Part shown: piece after piece, positions 49,720-59,987 of the stretch
Layout of the letters: each line of letters opens with the position of its first letter
How positions within the stretch are numbered: position 1 is the stretch's first letter
Virus record (IMG/VR): IMGVR_UViG_3300037485_001872
Span: 1-64,000 of that record
Length of the DNA: 64,000 bases
Direction: 5' to 3' (one strand)
From: a virus
Position numbers and translations under genes: made by a program
Notes under the pieces: generated by a model
Told to the model about the DNA's origin: nothing
The model's input: only the letters and a program-made list of their open reading frames with translations
Database searches by the model: none

Positions 49720-50190
49720 TAATTAAATTTGTAAAATAGAAATAAAAATATTATATTTGCACCATGATAAAAAAACAAGGAATATTTACAGGAACTGACA
49801 CAGCTGGTTATGAAAACGGCTCAACGTACACAATCTTAATCAATCAATCTGAAATCGGTTGTCCCATCTCAATTGTAGCCATAGGAGAAACTTTTGTAGG
49901 AAGTGTTTCTTACAATACAATCAACTTATTTTTAACGGATTGGAATAATCTAAAAAATATCTAGAGGAACTATGAACATCTTATTAGCAATTACATTTGT
50001 ATTTGGGGTATTACGATTATTTACGGCAACTAAGCTATTTGACATAACTTTAGGTTATTTTTTCGGAAGTTTATTTGGAGTGCATAATAAGCGTAATAAC
50101 TTATTTGAAGGTTTACTAGTAGCTTTTGATGTATGGTTTTTTTATTTTAGTTTAATATTTCAGAGTTGGTGGTGGTTATTTAAATAAAAT

Positions 50191-51279
50191 ATGGATTTAA
50201 GAAGAATAGCCTTTAATTATTTATCGAAGGGATTGAGTGTGATTCCTATAGATAACCTAAAACGCCCTACAATCCACTCATGGTATGAATTCCAAAAGCG
50301 TTATATGACCCCAGAGGAAGTTGAAAAGTATTTTAAAGATGCATGGGGTATCGCAGTTTTAGGAGGCACAATTAGTTCTGATATTGAGGGTTATTCTCTT
50401 ATAATGATTGACGTAGATACTAAAAACTTCGATGACCAAATAACATATAAGCAAGTAGTTGACGCTATTCCAGAAGATATTTTTAAAAAATTAGTAGTGG
50501 TGAGTACTATGAACGGTGGGTATCATTGGTATTTGAGAGCACCTATAGCTGGAAGGAATCAGAAATTTGCAATGCGTCCAACATCAGAAGAGGAACGTAA
50601 AGAAAATCCAAAGGAACTTATGAGAGTACTTTTGGAATCAAGAGCCAATGGAGGCTACTGCTTGGCTCCTGTAACCCCAGGTTATGAAGTTATTTCAAAT
50701 AATAAGAAAATTCATATCTTGGATTTAGATGAGTATTACTCCATATCTGACTCATTAGGTTCCTTTAATAGGGTTATAAATGAAGGACTTTTATTCGAAC
50801 AATTTCAAGAAGAAAAGAAAAATAAATTTTTAGTCTCACCCTTCGATGATTATAATAAGAGAGAAAATGCATTAAATATATTGATGCGAAATGGGTATAG
50901 TGTTGTGGGAGATACTCGTGGGGATAAGATTATGGTAAAGAGACAAGGCAACAGTAGCAGTAAACATTCAGGATATATTGTAGAGCAAGGTAGTAGATAT
51001 ATAAATTTTAGCACTAGTACTGGTTTTGACAGTTCAAAGTCATATAGTTGTTCAGAATTATTTACCTTATTAGAGTGTGAAAATAATTGGAGTAAAAGCT
51101 ATAAAGCCCTTATAGAAATGGGGTATGGTCACTCAGTAAATATGGATAAAAATGTGAGAGAGTTTGTGGATGCGTTTAGGAAAGGAAATCTTATGAGACT
51201 TTTAGAAATTCAATTTGCTGCAACTAAAACAGATAAAGGTATAGAAATAAATAATAAGACTTTTAATATCAAATTATAA
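50191..51279 (+). CDS. Bifunctional primase-polymerase (Prim-Pol) domain protein
   Basis: GLSVIP...KRP...W..FQ; IDVD; T..GGYHWY; ESRANGGYCLAP..PGY. Confidence 0.8.
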   Translation: MDLRRIAFNYLSKGLSVIPIDNLKRPTIHSWYEFQKRYMTPEEVEKYFKDAWGIAVLGGTISSDIEGYSLIMIDVDTKNFDDQITYKQVVDAIPEDIFKKLVVVSTMNGGYHWYLRAPIAGRNQKFAMRPTSEEERKENPKELMRVLLESRANGGYCLAPVTPGYEVISNNKKIHILDLDEYYSISDSLGSFNRVINEGLLFEQFQEEKKNKFLVSPFDDYNKRENALNILMRNGYSVVGDTRGDKIMVKRQGNSSSKHSGYIVEQGSRYINFSTSTGFDSSKSYSCSELFTLLECENNWSKSYKALIEMGYGHSVNMDKNVREFVDAFRKGNLMRLLEIQFAATKTDKGIEINNKTFNIKL

Positions 51280-51742
51280 TATCTAATTTTATAGATTAGG
51301 AATATTTTATAAAAATGTATTTGAAGCTGGAAAAGCTATTAATAAAACTGGTTTTGAAATTCACGAATTAATATTAAAAAATAATGAATCTTTTATATAT
51401 GTATGATTTACAAACAAAGGATAAAGTTTTAACATTACAATATAATGACAATACTTTCAAATATTAATTGTATCTTTGTACTATGAATCAATTTATAATA
51501 CTCACAGCACTATGTTTTATTGTACCAATGTTTTTAGGAAGGAAGAAAGATGAAGCTTAAAATTGTAATTTTAATAGCTCTCTGCTCATTACTATCTAAC
51601 TGCCAAAGTGTTTTTGTATGGACAGTACAAGATGTTATTGGTTTAGGTTTTCTAGGTCTAATAATAATTATTGGTTTATTTATTGGGTTGTTAATCCTCC
51701 TTGATAAATTTAAAATGTGGTGGAAAAATAATTTTAAATAAA

Positions 51743-52069
51743 ATGATTAAAGTTTATATAGCAAGTCCCTACACTAAAGGGGATGTTTCAGAAAATGTAC
51801 GTCTTCAAATGACTACTATGAATACATTAATAGAAGAAGGGTATTCCCCATTTTGTCCTCTTTTATTTCACTTTCAGGATTTAATGTTTCCTCAAGCTTA
51901 TAATAAGTGGATAGCTCTTTCAGCAGATTGGGTACTTAGTTGTGATGTTCTTTTAAGATTAGAAGGAGAAAGTGCTGGAGCAGATGGGGAAGTGCGTTTA
52001 ACCACTGAAAATAATATCCCTGTAGTGTTTTCTCTTACTGAATTATATTCGATGTATGAACCCACCTAA
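51743..52069 (+). CDS. Nucleoside deoxyribosyltransferase-like (DUF4406/DUF1937-type) protein
   Basis: VYIASPYT...SPFCP...CD.LLRL.GES.GA..E. Confidence 0.65.
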   Translation: MIKVYIASPYTKGDVSENVRLQMTTMNTLIEEGYSPFCPLLFHFQDLMFPQAYNKWIALSADWVLSCDVLLRLEGESAGADGEVRLTTENNIPVVFSLTELYSMYEPT

Positions 52070-52589
52070 AAAATATCCCTGTAAAGAATGCGGAACTTTA
52101 GTTGTCATTAGAAGTAAGGGAAAATGTCCGTTATGTCGGTCATTAGAGTTAAAATCAGCCTCAATGGGGGATATTTCATACAAAACACCTAAAAAAGGGG
52201 AAAGTAAACAACAAAAAGCAAGAAAAGAAAAAAGAGATTGTCTCTCACAATTCTTTAAAGAGCAAATTGAATTATTGGCACAGAATCCATATTGTAGAGA
52301 GACAGGAGTTCAAATTATACCGAGCTCTTTTTCAGTTTGTCATATTCTCCCTAAGAGAAATCATTTTTCTATACAATGCCACCCAGACAATGTAATATTT
52401 CTACATGTGGATGTACATTCTCGCTTTGATAGGCTCCTAGATGAACATAGATTTTCTGAGCTAACTAAGATGAATATATGGCCTATAGTTAAATTTAAAT
52501 TAGAGAGGCTACTTCCTGAGTTAAAGGAGGTGACAAAACTAGGGGAAGCCTTAAAAGATTTTCTTTATGAAATTAATGCACAAAAATGA
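52056..52589 (+). CDS. Zinc-binding HNH-like nuclease
   Basis: CKECG...CPLC; CRETG...CHILPK...N...L...H..FD. Confidence 0.55.
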   Translation: MNPPKKYPCKECGTLVVIRSKGKCPLCRSLELKSASMGDISYKTPKKGESKQQKARKEKRDCLSQFFKEQIELLAQNPYCRETGVQIIPSSFSVCHILPKRNHFSIQCHPDNVIFLHVDVHSRFDRLLDEHRFSELTKMNIWPIVKFKLERLLPELKEVTKLGEALKDFLYEINAQK

Positions 52590-52633
52590 CAAATAAATTT
52601 TGTAATAACAATAAAAACTTGTAAATTTGCACT

Positions 52634-52939
52634 ATGAATTTATATAACGATTTAAAAGAAGGAGACAAAGTACGTGTATTAAGAAGTGGAAGTCGCTATA
52701 ATACACATCCAGAGTTAGCTAAAGAGCTAGATGTTTTAGTTGATGCTAAATGTTATTTTAAAGTAGAGGAACCTAAAACAGGAATTTACACCTTCATGAG
52801 ATACATTTCTTTTTCTAATTGTAAAAGGGTGTTATTAATGAGGACAGGGGTTAAAAGATTTAAGTATTATGCTTTCGGTATAGAAAATAACTATGAATTA
52901 TATGACAACCCACCATTTGAATTATACAAACAAAAATGA
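52634..52939 (+). CDS. Hypothetical protein, leaderless
   Basis: TGACA 52587; TAAATTTG-CACT-ATG start. Confidence 0.5.
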   Translation: MNLYNDLKEGDKVRVLRSGSRYNTHPELAKELDVLVDAKCYFKVEEPKTGIYTFMRYISFSNCKRVLLMRTGVKRFKYYAFGIENNYELYDNPPFELYKQK

Positions 52940-53108
52940 ATAGATACTACTGCCACTCAAAACTAAAAGGACTAGAAGGATTTTTTCCTAGAGAAAAGAC
53001 TTTCAAGTGTACTGAAGAAAGGTTTGCATTAATACAAAATGATGCTCGGTATAAGTATTTAGATGCATTATTTTCAACCCATAATTATACATTACAATTT
53101 CAACTAAT

Positions 53109-53558
53109 ATGAACAGAAAACAAAGACTAGCCTATGATTTGGCTATAGAAAAACAGGAAAGAGTGAATGTCATTTCAGCAAAGTTTGCAGAGTTTGATGG
53201 CTTTGAATTTTTGGATGATGCTCCGACATTATATCCTGATGGTTATTGGTATCTAGAGGTGGACGGTGAAAAAATCCACATGGAAATTGAAGACTTTGAC
53301 TATCTAAATAACTATGGGTTACTCATGGAGTTTGTAAATAATATTGAAGAGTTCTATCCATATAACATTGTAGTAGTTCGCTCACAGTGCCAAATTTTCC
53401 GTCAAGAGGATGGTAAACCAATAATAGAAGTGATGGCCACATCTAAACCAGAAGCTATTTTTGAAGCTGTAGGACAACTTTTAGATGTTTTGGCCGATGC
53501 AGCTCTTGAACAAATTGCTCAAGAAAACACTTCACTTAATAAATTAGACGTAAACTAA
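53109..53558 (+). CDS. Hypothetical protein
   Basis: 149 aa, coupled to the exonuclease gene. Confidence 0.5.
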   Translation: MNRKQRLAYDLAIEKQERVNVISAKFAEFDGFEFLDDAPTLYPDGYWYLEVDGEKIHMEIEDFDYLNNYGLLMEFVNNIEEFYPYNIVVVRSQCQIFRQEDGKPIIEVMATSKPEAIFEAVGQLLDVLADAALEQIAQENTSLNKLDVN

Positions 53559-54316
53559 TGAAAATAGAAAGACCAATAATAGTATTTGACCTTGAAACTA
53601 CCTCGGTGGATACAGAAACAGCTAGAATTGTACAAATTGCGGCTATAAAAATAAACCATGATGGTAGTACAGAAGAAAAAAATCTTCTTATAAACCCCAC
53701 TATTCCAATTCCTCTTGAAACATCTGAAATTCATGGGATTACAGATGAAATGGTGAAGAATGCTCCTACATTTAAACAAGTGGCTCAGAGTATGAAAAAT
53801 TGGTTTAAGGGTTGTGATGTTGCTGGGTTTAATTCAGATAGTTATGATATTCCTGTTATAAGTGCTGAGATGGAACGTTGTGGTATTACATTTCTAGATT
53901 GGGAATTTAATTTAGTGGATGTGATGAAGATGTACAGACACTTCTATCCAAATAAACTAACAGACATTTATAAACGTTTTACAGGAAAAGAACTAGAGGA
54001 TGCCCACGATGCACTGGGAGATGTTAAAGCCACCATGGTAGTGATGAAACATATTTTAGAAAACCATTTTGATAGTATACCGACTCCCGAAGAAGTTGAT
54101 GTTTTATTGCAGGGTGAGAAGTTCAGGGTGGACATTGGAGGTAAAATGTATAAAGATGCTGAAGGAGTTGTAAGATGGAATTTTTCAAAGAATGTGGGAC
54201 AACCCGTTCTTGCCGACCCAGGATTCTATAATTGGTTCCTAAAACAAAGCTTCCCAAAAGACTCAAAAGATAAACTTTTAAATTTAATTCAAAATAATAA
54301 AGAAAGACATGCCTAA
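53558..54316 (+). CDS. DEDDh 3'-5' exonuclease (DnaQ-like)
   Basis: FDLETT, IHGIT, GFNSDSYD, AHDALGDV. Confidence 0.9.
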   Translation: MKIERPIIVFDLETTSVDTETARIVQIAAIKINHDGSTEEKNLLINPTIPIPLETSEIHGITDEMVKNAPTFKQVAQSMKNWFKGCDVAGFNSDSYDIPVISAEMERCGITFLDWEFNLVDVMKMYRHFYPNKLTDIYKRFTGKELEDAHDALGDVKATMVVMKHILENHFDSIPTPEEVDVLLQGEKFRVDIGGKMYKDAEGVVRWNFSKNVGQPVLADPGFYNWFLKQSFPKDSKDKLLNLIQNNKERHA

Positions 54317-55250
54317 TTTATATTGGAAATTACAATCAATTAATCAAACAGAGGAATTAGAAGTGGATTCCCTAGAATACAACCTATACAGGGAGCATTT
54401 TAAGAAAGATTTTAACACACGGGAATTAATGTCAATGCAGGAAACTATAGAGCACTATAGGCTTAATGCTTGGCGAACACCACTTTATTCCCGTATATAT
54501 TCTCTTACAGTAGCTTATGTAGAAAAAGAACAAGTTCGTATAGTGTATTATACAGGGGATGAAAAAGACATTATTCAAACCTTCTTAAACACCCTAAAAA
54601 ACGATTATTTTAAAGACTATATTGTTACACATTATGGGGCAGAATATATACTTCCATATTTGGGTACTAGGATAGATAAGAGTGGTATAGTTTCTTCGGT
54701 TCCAAACGGCCTACAATACAAAAATATGAAGCCATGGAATTTGACGGGATGCTGTGTTAGGGATTATTATACAGGAGCTGGAGCTTATAAACACAATTTA
54801 AAGGAATTAGCATGGATTTATAATATTCCTTGTAATTTTATTGACCCTGTAGATGAGTTTACATACTTTCAAATGAAAGAGTTGGAAGCTTTAAAAGAAA
54901 GTGCTATTGATGAAATTTTCACCCTAGTTAATGTACATAGATGTATGATGGGAGAATCTAAAATAGAATCCTTAACTTATTCGGAAGTAAGGGTGGAATC
55001 TGTGGAAGAAATAAAACCAACAAACTTTTTAGCTCTCCTATATGAATCTCAGGCAATGACCCTTGAAGTTAGAGAAGGGCTTGAGAGACAACTGAAAAAG
55101 AAAAAGATGACCAAGAGAGACCGAGAAATTGTTAGAGAGATACTTTTGGGAACCTATTTATTAACAGACTTTATTAACGGAAGTCAAGATACAAAAGCAG
55201 TGATAGAAAAGAAAACAAAAGAAGTGGATAATTTTTTAGCAACAATATAA
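54309..55250 (+). CDS. Degenerate PolB-type 3'-5' exonuclease-like protein
   Basis: EKDII..F...LPYL..R...KPW...L..L.....IP pattern; catalytic acidic residues appear to be missing. Confidence 0.4.
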   Translation: MPNLYWKLQSINQTEELEVDSLEYNLYREHFKKDFNTRELMSMQETIEHYRLNAWRTPLYSRIYSLTVAYVEKEQVRIVYYTGDEKDIIQTFLNTLKNDYFKDYIVTHYGAEYILPYLGTRIDKSGIVSSVPNGLQYKNMKPWNLTGCCVRDYYTGAGAYKHNLKELAWIYNIPCNFIDPVDEFTYFQMKELEALKESAIDEIFTLVNVHRCMMGESKIESLTYSEVRVESVEEIKPTNFLALLYESQAMTLEVREGLERQLKKKKMTKRDREIVREILLGTYLLTDFINGSQDTKAVIEKKTKEVDNFLATI

Positions 55251-55957
55251 TGGGAAAAATAAATTTAATAAATAAACTAACTACCGACTGTTGGTTCTAT
55301 GAGGATAATAAAGAATTATTGGCTCCTCATATGGGGAAGTTTTATATAAGTTACTCCTCGATTTCTTCATGGGAGGATTATCGTAGTGATTTTATAAAAC
55401 AAAAACTTGTAGGTATTTCTTTACCAGAGTCTGTGTATTCGAACTTCGGCTCGTGGGTGGGTGAAAGTGTTGAGCACGGGAAAGTACAAACTAATAATTA
55501 TGGCTTTACAGGACACGAAAACATTTCTTTAATTGAACGTAAACCAAATGCCAAATATGAAAGGATGGTGTTGATTGATATGGGGGAATATTGCATTATT
55601 GGCTTCATAGATATTCTAGAAGAAAAAACAAATAAGGTGGTGGATTTGAAGGATGTAAAGACTGGAGGTAGTAAAAAAGAGGAAGAATATAAAAAAGAAA
55701 GTTATGTTCAATTACTTATATATGCACATGCTCTAGTCTTAGAAGGGTATACAATAGATAGTATGGGTGTTTGGTTCTGTAGACGTACGGGCTCCCACAT
55801 AAAACCGCCCTTACATTTATCAAATGAGCAGTTTTATATTCCTTTGGTGTATGATGCGAAAAGAGTGAAGTATGCCCTAGATAAGGTAGAAAGAGTAGTG
55901 AAAGAAATTAGTGAATTTTACACTACTTTTACAAAATTCTTTGGTGATTCAAAATAA
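55250..55957 (+). CDS. PD-(D/E)XK nuclease (Cas4/RecB-like)
   Basis: ISYS, G..V, GFIDI, DVKTG, QLLIY. Confidence 0.75.
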   Translation: MGKINLINKLTTDCWFYEDNKELLAPHMGKFYISYSSISSWEDYRSDFIKQKLVGISLPESVYSNFGSWVGESVEHGKVQTNNYGFTGHENISLIERKPNAKYERMVLIDMGEYCIIGFIDILEEKTNKVVDLKDVKTGGSKKEEEYKKESYVQLLIYAHALVLEGYTIDSMGVWFCRRTGSHIKPPLHLSNEQFYIPLVYDAKRVKYALDKVERVVKEISEFYTTFTKFFGDSK

Positions 55958-56440
55958 TTAACGTATCTTTGTATTATGGAAATTTTAGATAGAGCTATAA
56001 AGGGGGAATCCCTTAACGCAAAGGAAAAAGAGGAACTTACAAAACACCTCTCCCAATACGATGGAACCCCCTACTTGCAGGAAATCCTAAACAAAATACC
56101 GAGTTTAAAATATATTGAATTACCAGAAATTCCACTATGACAATTATAATAACAATCCTCCTAATTCTATTCATCACCAAACTAATGTGGAGATGGAATT
56201 TAGACTTCTCTGAAACAAGTGATGGTGAATGGTATGTACGTGGATTCTGGAGTACAAGAAATCCAGATGGTAGTTTTAATAGACATGATAAACTTTTAAT
56301 GAGAATGTAATGAATAAAATAGTTAAAATTTACGACTTTTTGGTTGATATAGTGTTAATAGGCACTATTGGGGGTATAATTGTCTATTATCTATTTCACA
56401 TATTACAATTTATTTACTACACCCTTACTAATTTTTTTAT

Positions 56441-57399
56441 ATGAAAAAAGATGATTTTGGAACCATCACTGATTTTGGTGATAGATATACAACCTGCGAT
56501 AGATGTGTTTACAAAGATTTAGGTATGGGTGGTTTTAATACTGTATGTAGACATTGTATGAAAACTCATACAGAAACAGAGGGCTATTCAGCACTACCTG
56601 AGAAGGAAGATGTATTTAGTACTCTTGGAAATATGTTAGACCCCACAACAAAGTTTGTAAATAATATAGGCTCATGTTTTCCTACTGAGGCAAAATATGG
56701 AGAAGAAAGGACTGTAGTTAATAGTGGTAAAGAATTTATAGAATACTTTGCTAACACTGGAGAAAAACGTTGGTTAGCTCCAAATGAATCGGCAACATAT
56801 AAACTAAAATGGGTGTTATGCGAATAGAATGGACTTTTGAAGAAGACCACATGTTTGTTAAACTAGCTGGGAAAACATTTCAAGCAGATGTTTTATTTAT
56901 TGATAATGAGGAAAAGCATTATGGGGTTGTGGCTGAGTATGGACAAGATTATATTGATTTTAACGTAGCAAGAATATTATAATGGAAAAAACAGCAGTAG
57001 ACTATTTAATAGAAATTCTAGAAGCACCTTGCAGGGGTATACCAACCTTCGTCATTGAAAAAGCTAAAGAGATTCATAAACAGCAGCTATTAGATGCGTG
57101 GAAACAAGGTAATAATGAAGGATATTTAAATACTCTCATAACAGCAGAGGATTATTATAATGACACCTATGGAAAATAAAACAGCTTTACAGCAATTAAT
57201 AGAAGAATTAAGTATAGTTAACCCACATTCAGTAGGTCAGGTTATTTTAATGGTTAAACACTATTTAAAAACTGAAAAAGAACAGATTTGTGATGCTTAC
57301 TTTCAGGGGATAGGTTTTTGTCTAAATGAACGAGAGGGTACGGGAGATACTGATGATGCTAGTGCTGAGTTTTACTTTACAGAAACCTTTAAACAATGA
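56441..57399 (+). other. Small hypothetical ORFs (56441, 56982, 57160)
   Basis: 56982 and 57160 are related (KTA...LIE.L...K.Q..DA......Y...T). Confidence 0.5.
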
Positions 57400-57553
57400 A
57401 ATATTTAACAATAGACAAAACAGCTAAAATTTCTATTTACTCAAAGTCTATTAAACCTACAACTAATTCAGAATTAATTATAGTGGATTTAGTTGAAAAT
57501 CAGGTGAGTTATGATGGAGGAAATTTGTGGGTACTTACTAAGTGGGCAAGATA

Positions 57554-58549
57554 ATGATACTACAACAAGGTGATGTTATTAAATTTTCTAGCGATGCTAC
57601 ATTTCTAGAAGAAATACCAAAAGGTAATTGGCTCCTTAACTTGGACACAGTGTCCATGTATTTGTCCAAGCTTCCTCAATTTACCCTTCCATCAAAGATT
57701 TATGGGGATTATTTGACCACCAGTAAACATTACTTATCGTCCTTTAATTCCCTTCCAAACTCCACTGGGGTGTTACTATCGGGGAGTTCGGGTAGTGGAA
57801 AAAGCTTACTAGCTAAGATGGTTTGCGAAATGTCCAACCTTCCTGTAATTATTATTAGTGAATACTATACAGGAACACAGTTTCATAAGGTTTTAAATGA
57901 AATATCACAGGATGTTGTAATTTTCATTGATGAGTTTGAGAAGATTTATGACACCCATGAGAAGCAAAATGAATTTTTGCCAATTTTAGATGGTGTTTTT
58001 CAGAATAAAAAACTGTTTATTTTCACCACAAATAATCCTTCGGTGAATAAATTCCTTTTAAATCGGCCAGGTAGAGTCAGATACCATAGGCATTTCACAG
58101 GGCTTTCTGAAGAGCTTATTGAAGAAGTACTTTCGGATAATGTAACCGATGTAGATGTTAAGAAGCAAATATCTGAAATCTGTCTTACGTTAGGTGATGT
58201 TTCCTATGACGCTTTACAGTCTATTTTACAAGAAGTTAATATGTATAGCATTTCCCCAGCTGAGGCTGTAAATCTTTTGAATATAGAGGTGCAATCTTCG
58301 CATTACAGAGTGTTTCTCATAATAAAGGGAAAACATTACACTTCTTCCTTTGAAGGCCATCCTGTGGTAAATGAGGAGTACTCAGTGGGGTATAAAGACG
58401 ATGGGGGTTGGTGGGATAAGTCGTACATTGTAAAATTAAGGGATTTTGATATTTATTATGAATCTGGGGGACGTGTTGAGTTAAGACATAAAGAGGAAAC
58501 CACTGTTCTTAGGTTTGAAAAAATAGTTCCATATAAATTTGAACTATGA
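57554..58549 (+). CDS. AAA+ ATPase
   Basis: GSSGSGKS, IFIDEFEK, LDG, FTTN, NRPGR. Confidence 0.85.
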   Translation: MILQQGDVIKFSSDATFLEEIPKGNWLLNLDTVSMYLSKLPQFTLPSKIYGDYLTTSKHYLSSFNSLPNSTGVLLSGSSGSGKSLLAKMVCEMSNLPVIIISEYYTGTQFHKVLNEISQDVVIFIDEFEKIYDTHEKQNEFLPILDGVFQNKKLFIFTTNNPSVNKFLLNRPGRVRYHRHFTGLSEELIEEVLSDNVTDVDVKKQISEICLTLGDVSYDALQSILQEVNMYSISPAEAVNLLNIEVQSSHYRVFLIIKGKHYTSSFEGHPVVNEEYSVGYKDDGGWWDKSYIVKLRDFDIYYESGGRVELRHKEETTVLRFEKIVPYKFEL

Positions 58550-58588
58550 CATTGTTTTTACACAAAATATTCGTACCTTTGTATTGTA

Positions 58589-59092
58589 ATGTCTGATGAA
58601 GAATATTTAAAAGGGTGTAAGCAAAATTCACAATTTCACCAGAAAGCCCTATACGATGCTTTTTCCAAGCAAATGTTTGGAGTGTGTTTGCAATATTGTA
58701 AAAATAAACACCAAGCTGAGGATGCATTGCAGGAAGGGTGGTTGAAGGTATTTAAGTATATTAAATCTCTAACTCTTACAGGTTTGTTAGTGGGATGGAT
58801 TCGTAAAATCATGGTGCACACCTGTCTAGATATTAATAGAAAAAATAACAATAATTTAGTTGAATATAATGATGCAATGGGTGTAATGGTGTCCCCGTCA
58901 AATAATATGGATGCTAAATACCTTCTCTCTGTTATAAATAAACTCCCAGAAGGTTATAAACAAGTGTTTTTATTATTTGCTGTTGAGGGATGGAGTCATA
59001 AACAAATAGCAGAACAATTAAATATTCAGGAGGCGACATCACGGACACAGTACTTGAGGGCTAGAAATATGTTACGTAAAATATTATGTTAA
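58589..59092 (+). CDS. ECF RNA polymerase sigma factor (Bacteroidota host-like)
   Basis: Region 2 AEDALQEGWLKVF...GWIRKI; region 4 LPEGYKQVFLLFAVEGWSHKQIAEQLNI.E.TSRTQ..RAR. Confidence 0.88.
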   Translation: MSDEEYLKGCKQNSQFHQKALYDAFSKQMFGVCLQYCKNKHQAEDALQEGWLKVFKYIKSLTLTGLLVGWIRKIMVHTCLDINRKNNNNLVEYNDAMGVMVSPSNNMDAKYLLSVINKLPEGYKQVFLLFAVEGWSHKQIAEQLNIQEATSRTQYLRARNMLRKILC

Positions 59093-59314
59093 AATGTAAG
59101 TGGAATTCGGGAAACCTAGCGATTCTTTGCTCATTCTGTTCTAAAATCTTAAAAACAGGGAATGAGTTTTCAGAAGAGGAACATAAATGTATAAGAGGGG
59201 ATGTTGAACTCCCAGCACAATATTGTACAACTTGTAATAACAGCCTTTGGAAAATTCTTAGGAATAATACAAAAAAATGACAATACTCTCAACTATTAAT
59301 TGTATATTTGCACT

Positions 59315-59659
59315 ATGAAATTATCAATAAATCCCCCACCAAATGACCGTAAATGTATGCGATGTGGAAAACCTTCCTCAGAATGTTTACCCTTTAGAAA
59401 AGAAGGAGACCCTTTAGTTGGAAATTTTGAGGGAGCCAAGTTAGTTAAAATCTTTAGAGATATGGGTGATAACTTGGATATTCCTGATGAACAGAGAGTT
59501 TTATATGATAAAATTATAGACGCATATTGTCATGTTACAGACTTTACCATTCTTGAAGAGGAATTTGGAGTAGAACAAGTAAAATCAGCAATGATGTATG
59601 ACCAACTATGTAGTACAGTAGCTTCCTCATGGGAGTGTAGAGATTGTATAATATTATGA
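59315..59659 (+). CDS. Zinc-binding hypothetical protein, leaderless
   Basis: CMRC...CRDC; TATATTTG-CACT-ATG start. Confidence 0.5.
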   Translation: MKLSINPPPNDRKCMRCGKPSSECLPFRKEGDPLVGNFEGAKLVKIFRDMGDNLDIPDEQRVLYDKIIDAYCHVTDFTILEEEFGVEQVKSAMMYDQLCSTVASSWECRDCIIL

Positions 59660-59985
59660 AAGAATATATATTGTGTGCCGCAATTTGGTATAAAGATATT
59701 CCACTAAAAAAAGTGATTGAAGGGGTATTACCAAAAAACTGTAATGTTGGAATAGTTGTACTAGGACATAGACATGGACAATGTATGTGGACAATGGGAA
59801 GCTTAACAGGATTACGAAGTGTTACAAATGGGGAAGATAGTGTAGGAGAATATGAACAAGGTTTTTTGACTAATACGAATAAATTTGTAGGAAGGAAAGA
59901 AGCGTGGGTAATAGCAAAGGAGGCTAATCAAATAATTAAACAGTCTGGTGGTGAAGGTATATTATATAGCGAAGATTTATATTAA
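59656..59985 (+). CDS. Conserved phage protein
   Basis: ILCAAIW...G.RH...QGFLTN...FV.R.EA...A...Q...LYSEDLY. Confidence 0.55.
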   Translation: MKEYILCAAIWYKDIPLKKVIEGVLPKNCNVGIVVLGHRHGQCMWTMGSLTGLRSVTNGEDSVGEYEQGFLTNTNKFVGRKEAWVIAKEANQIIKQSGGEGILYSEDLY

Positions 59986-59987
59986 AA

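Noticed and set aside
32613-59310. TGACA repeats as a CRISPR array
   Set aside because: They are 5-nt half-sites dispersed at promoters, not 25-45 nt repeats with spacers; the Cas4-like nuclease at 55250 is a common stand-alone phage gene.
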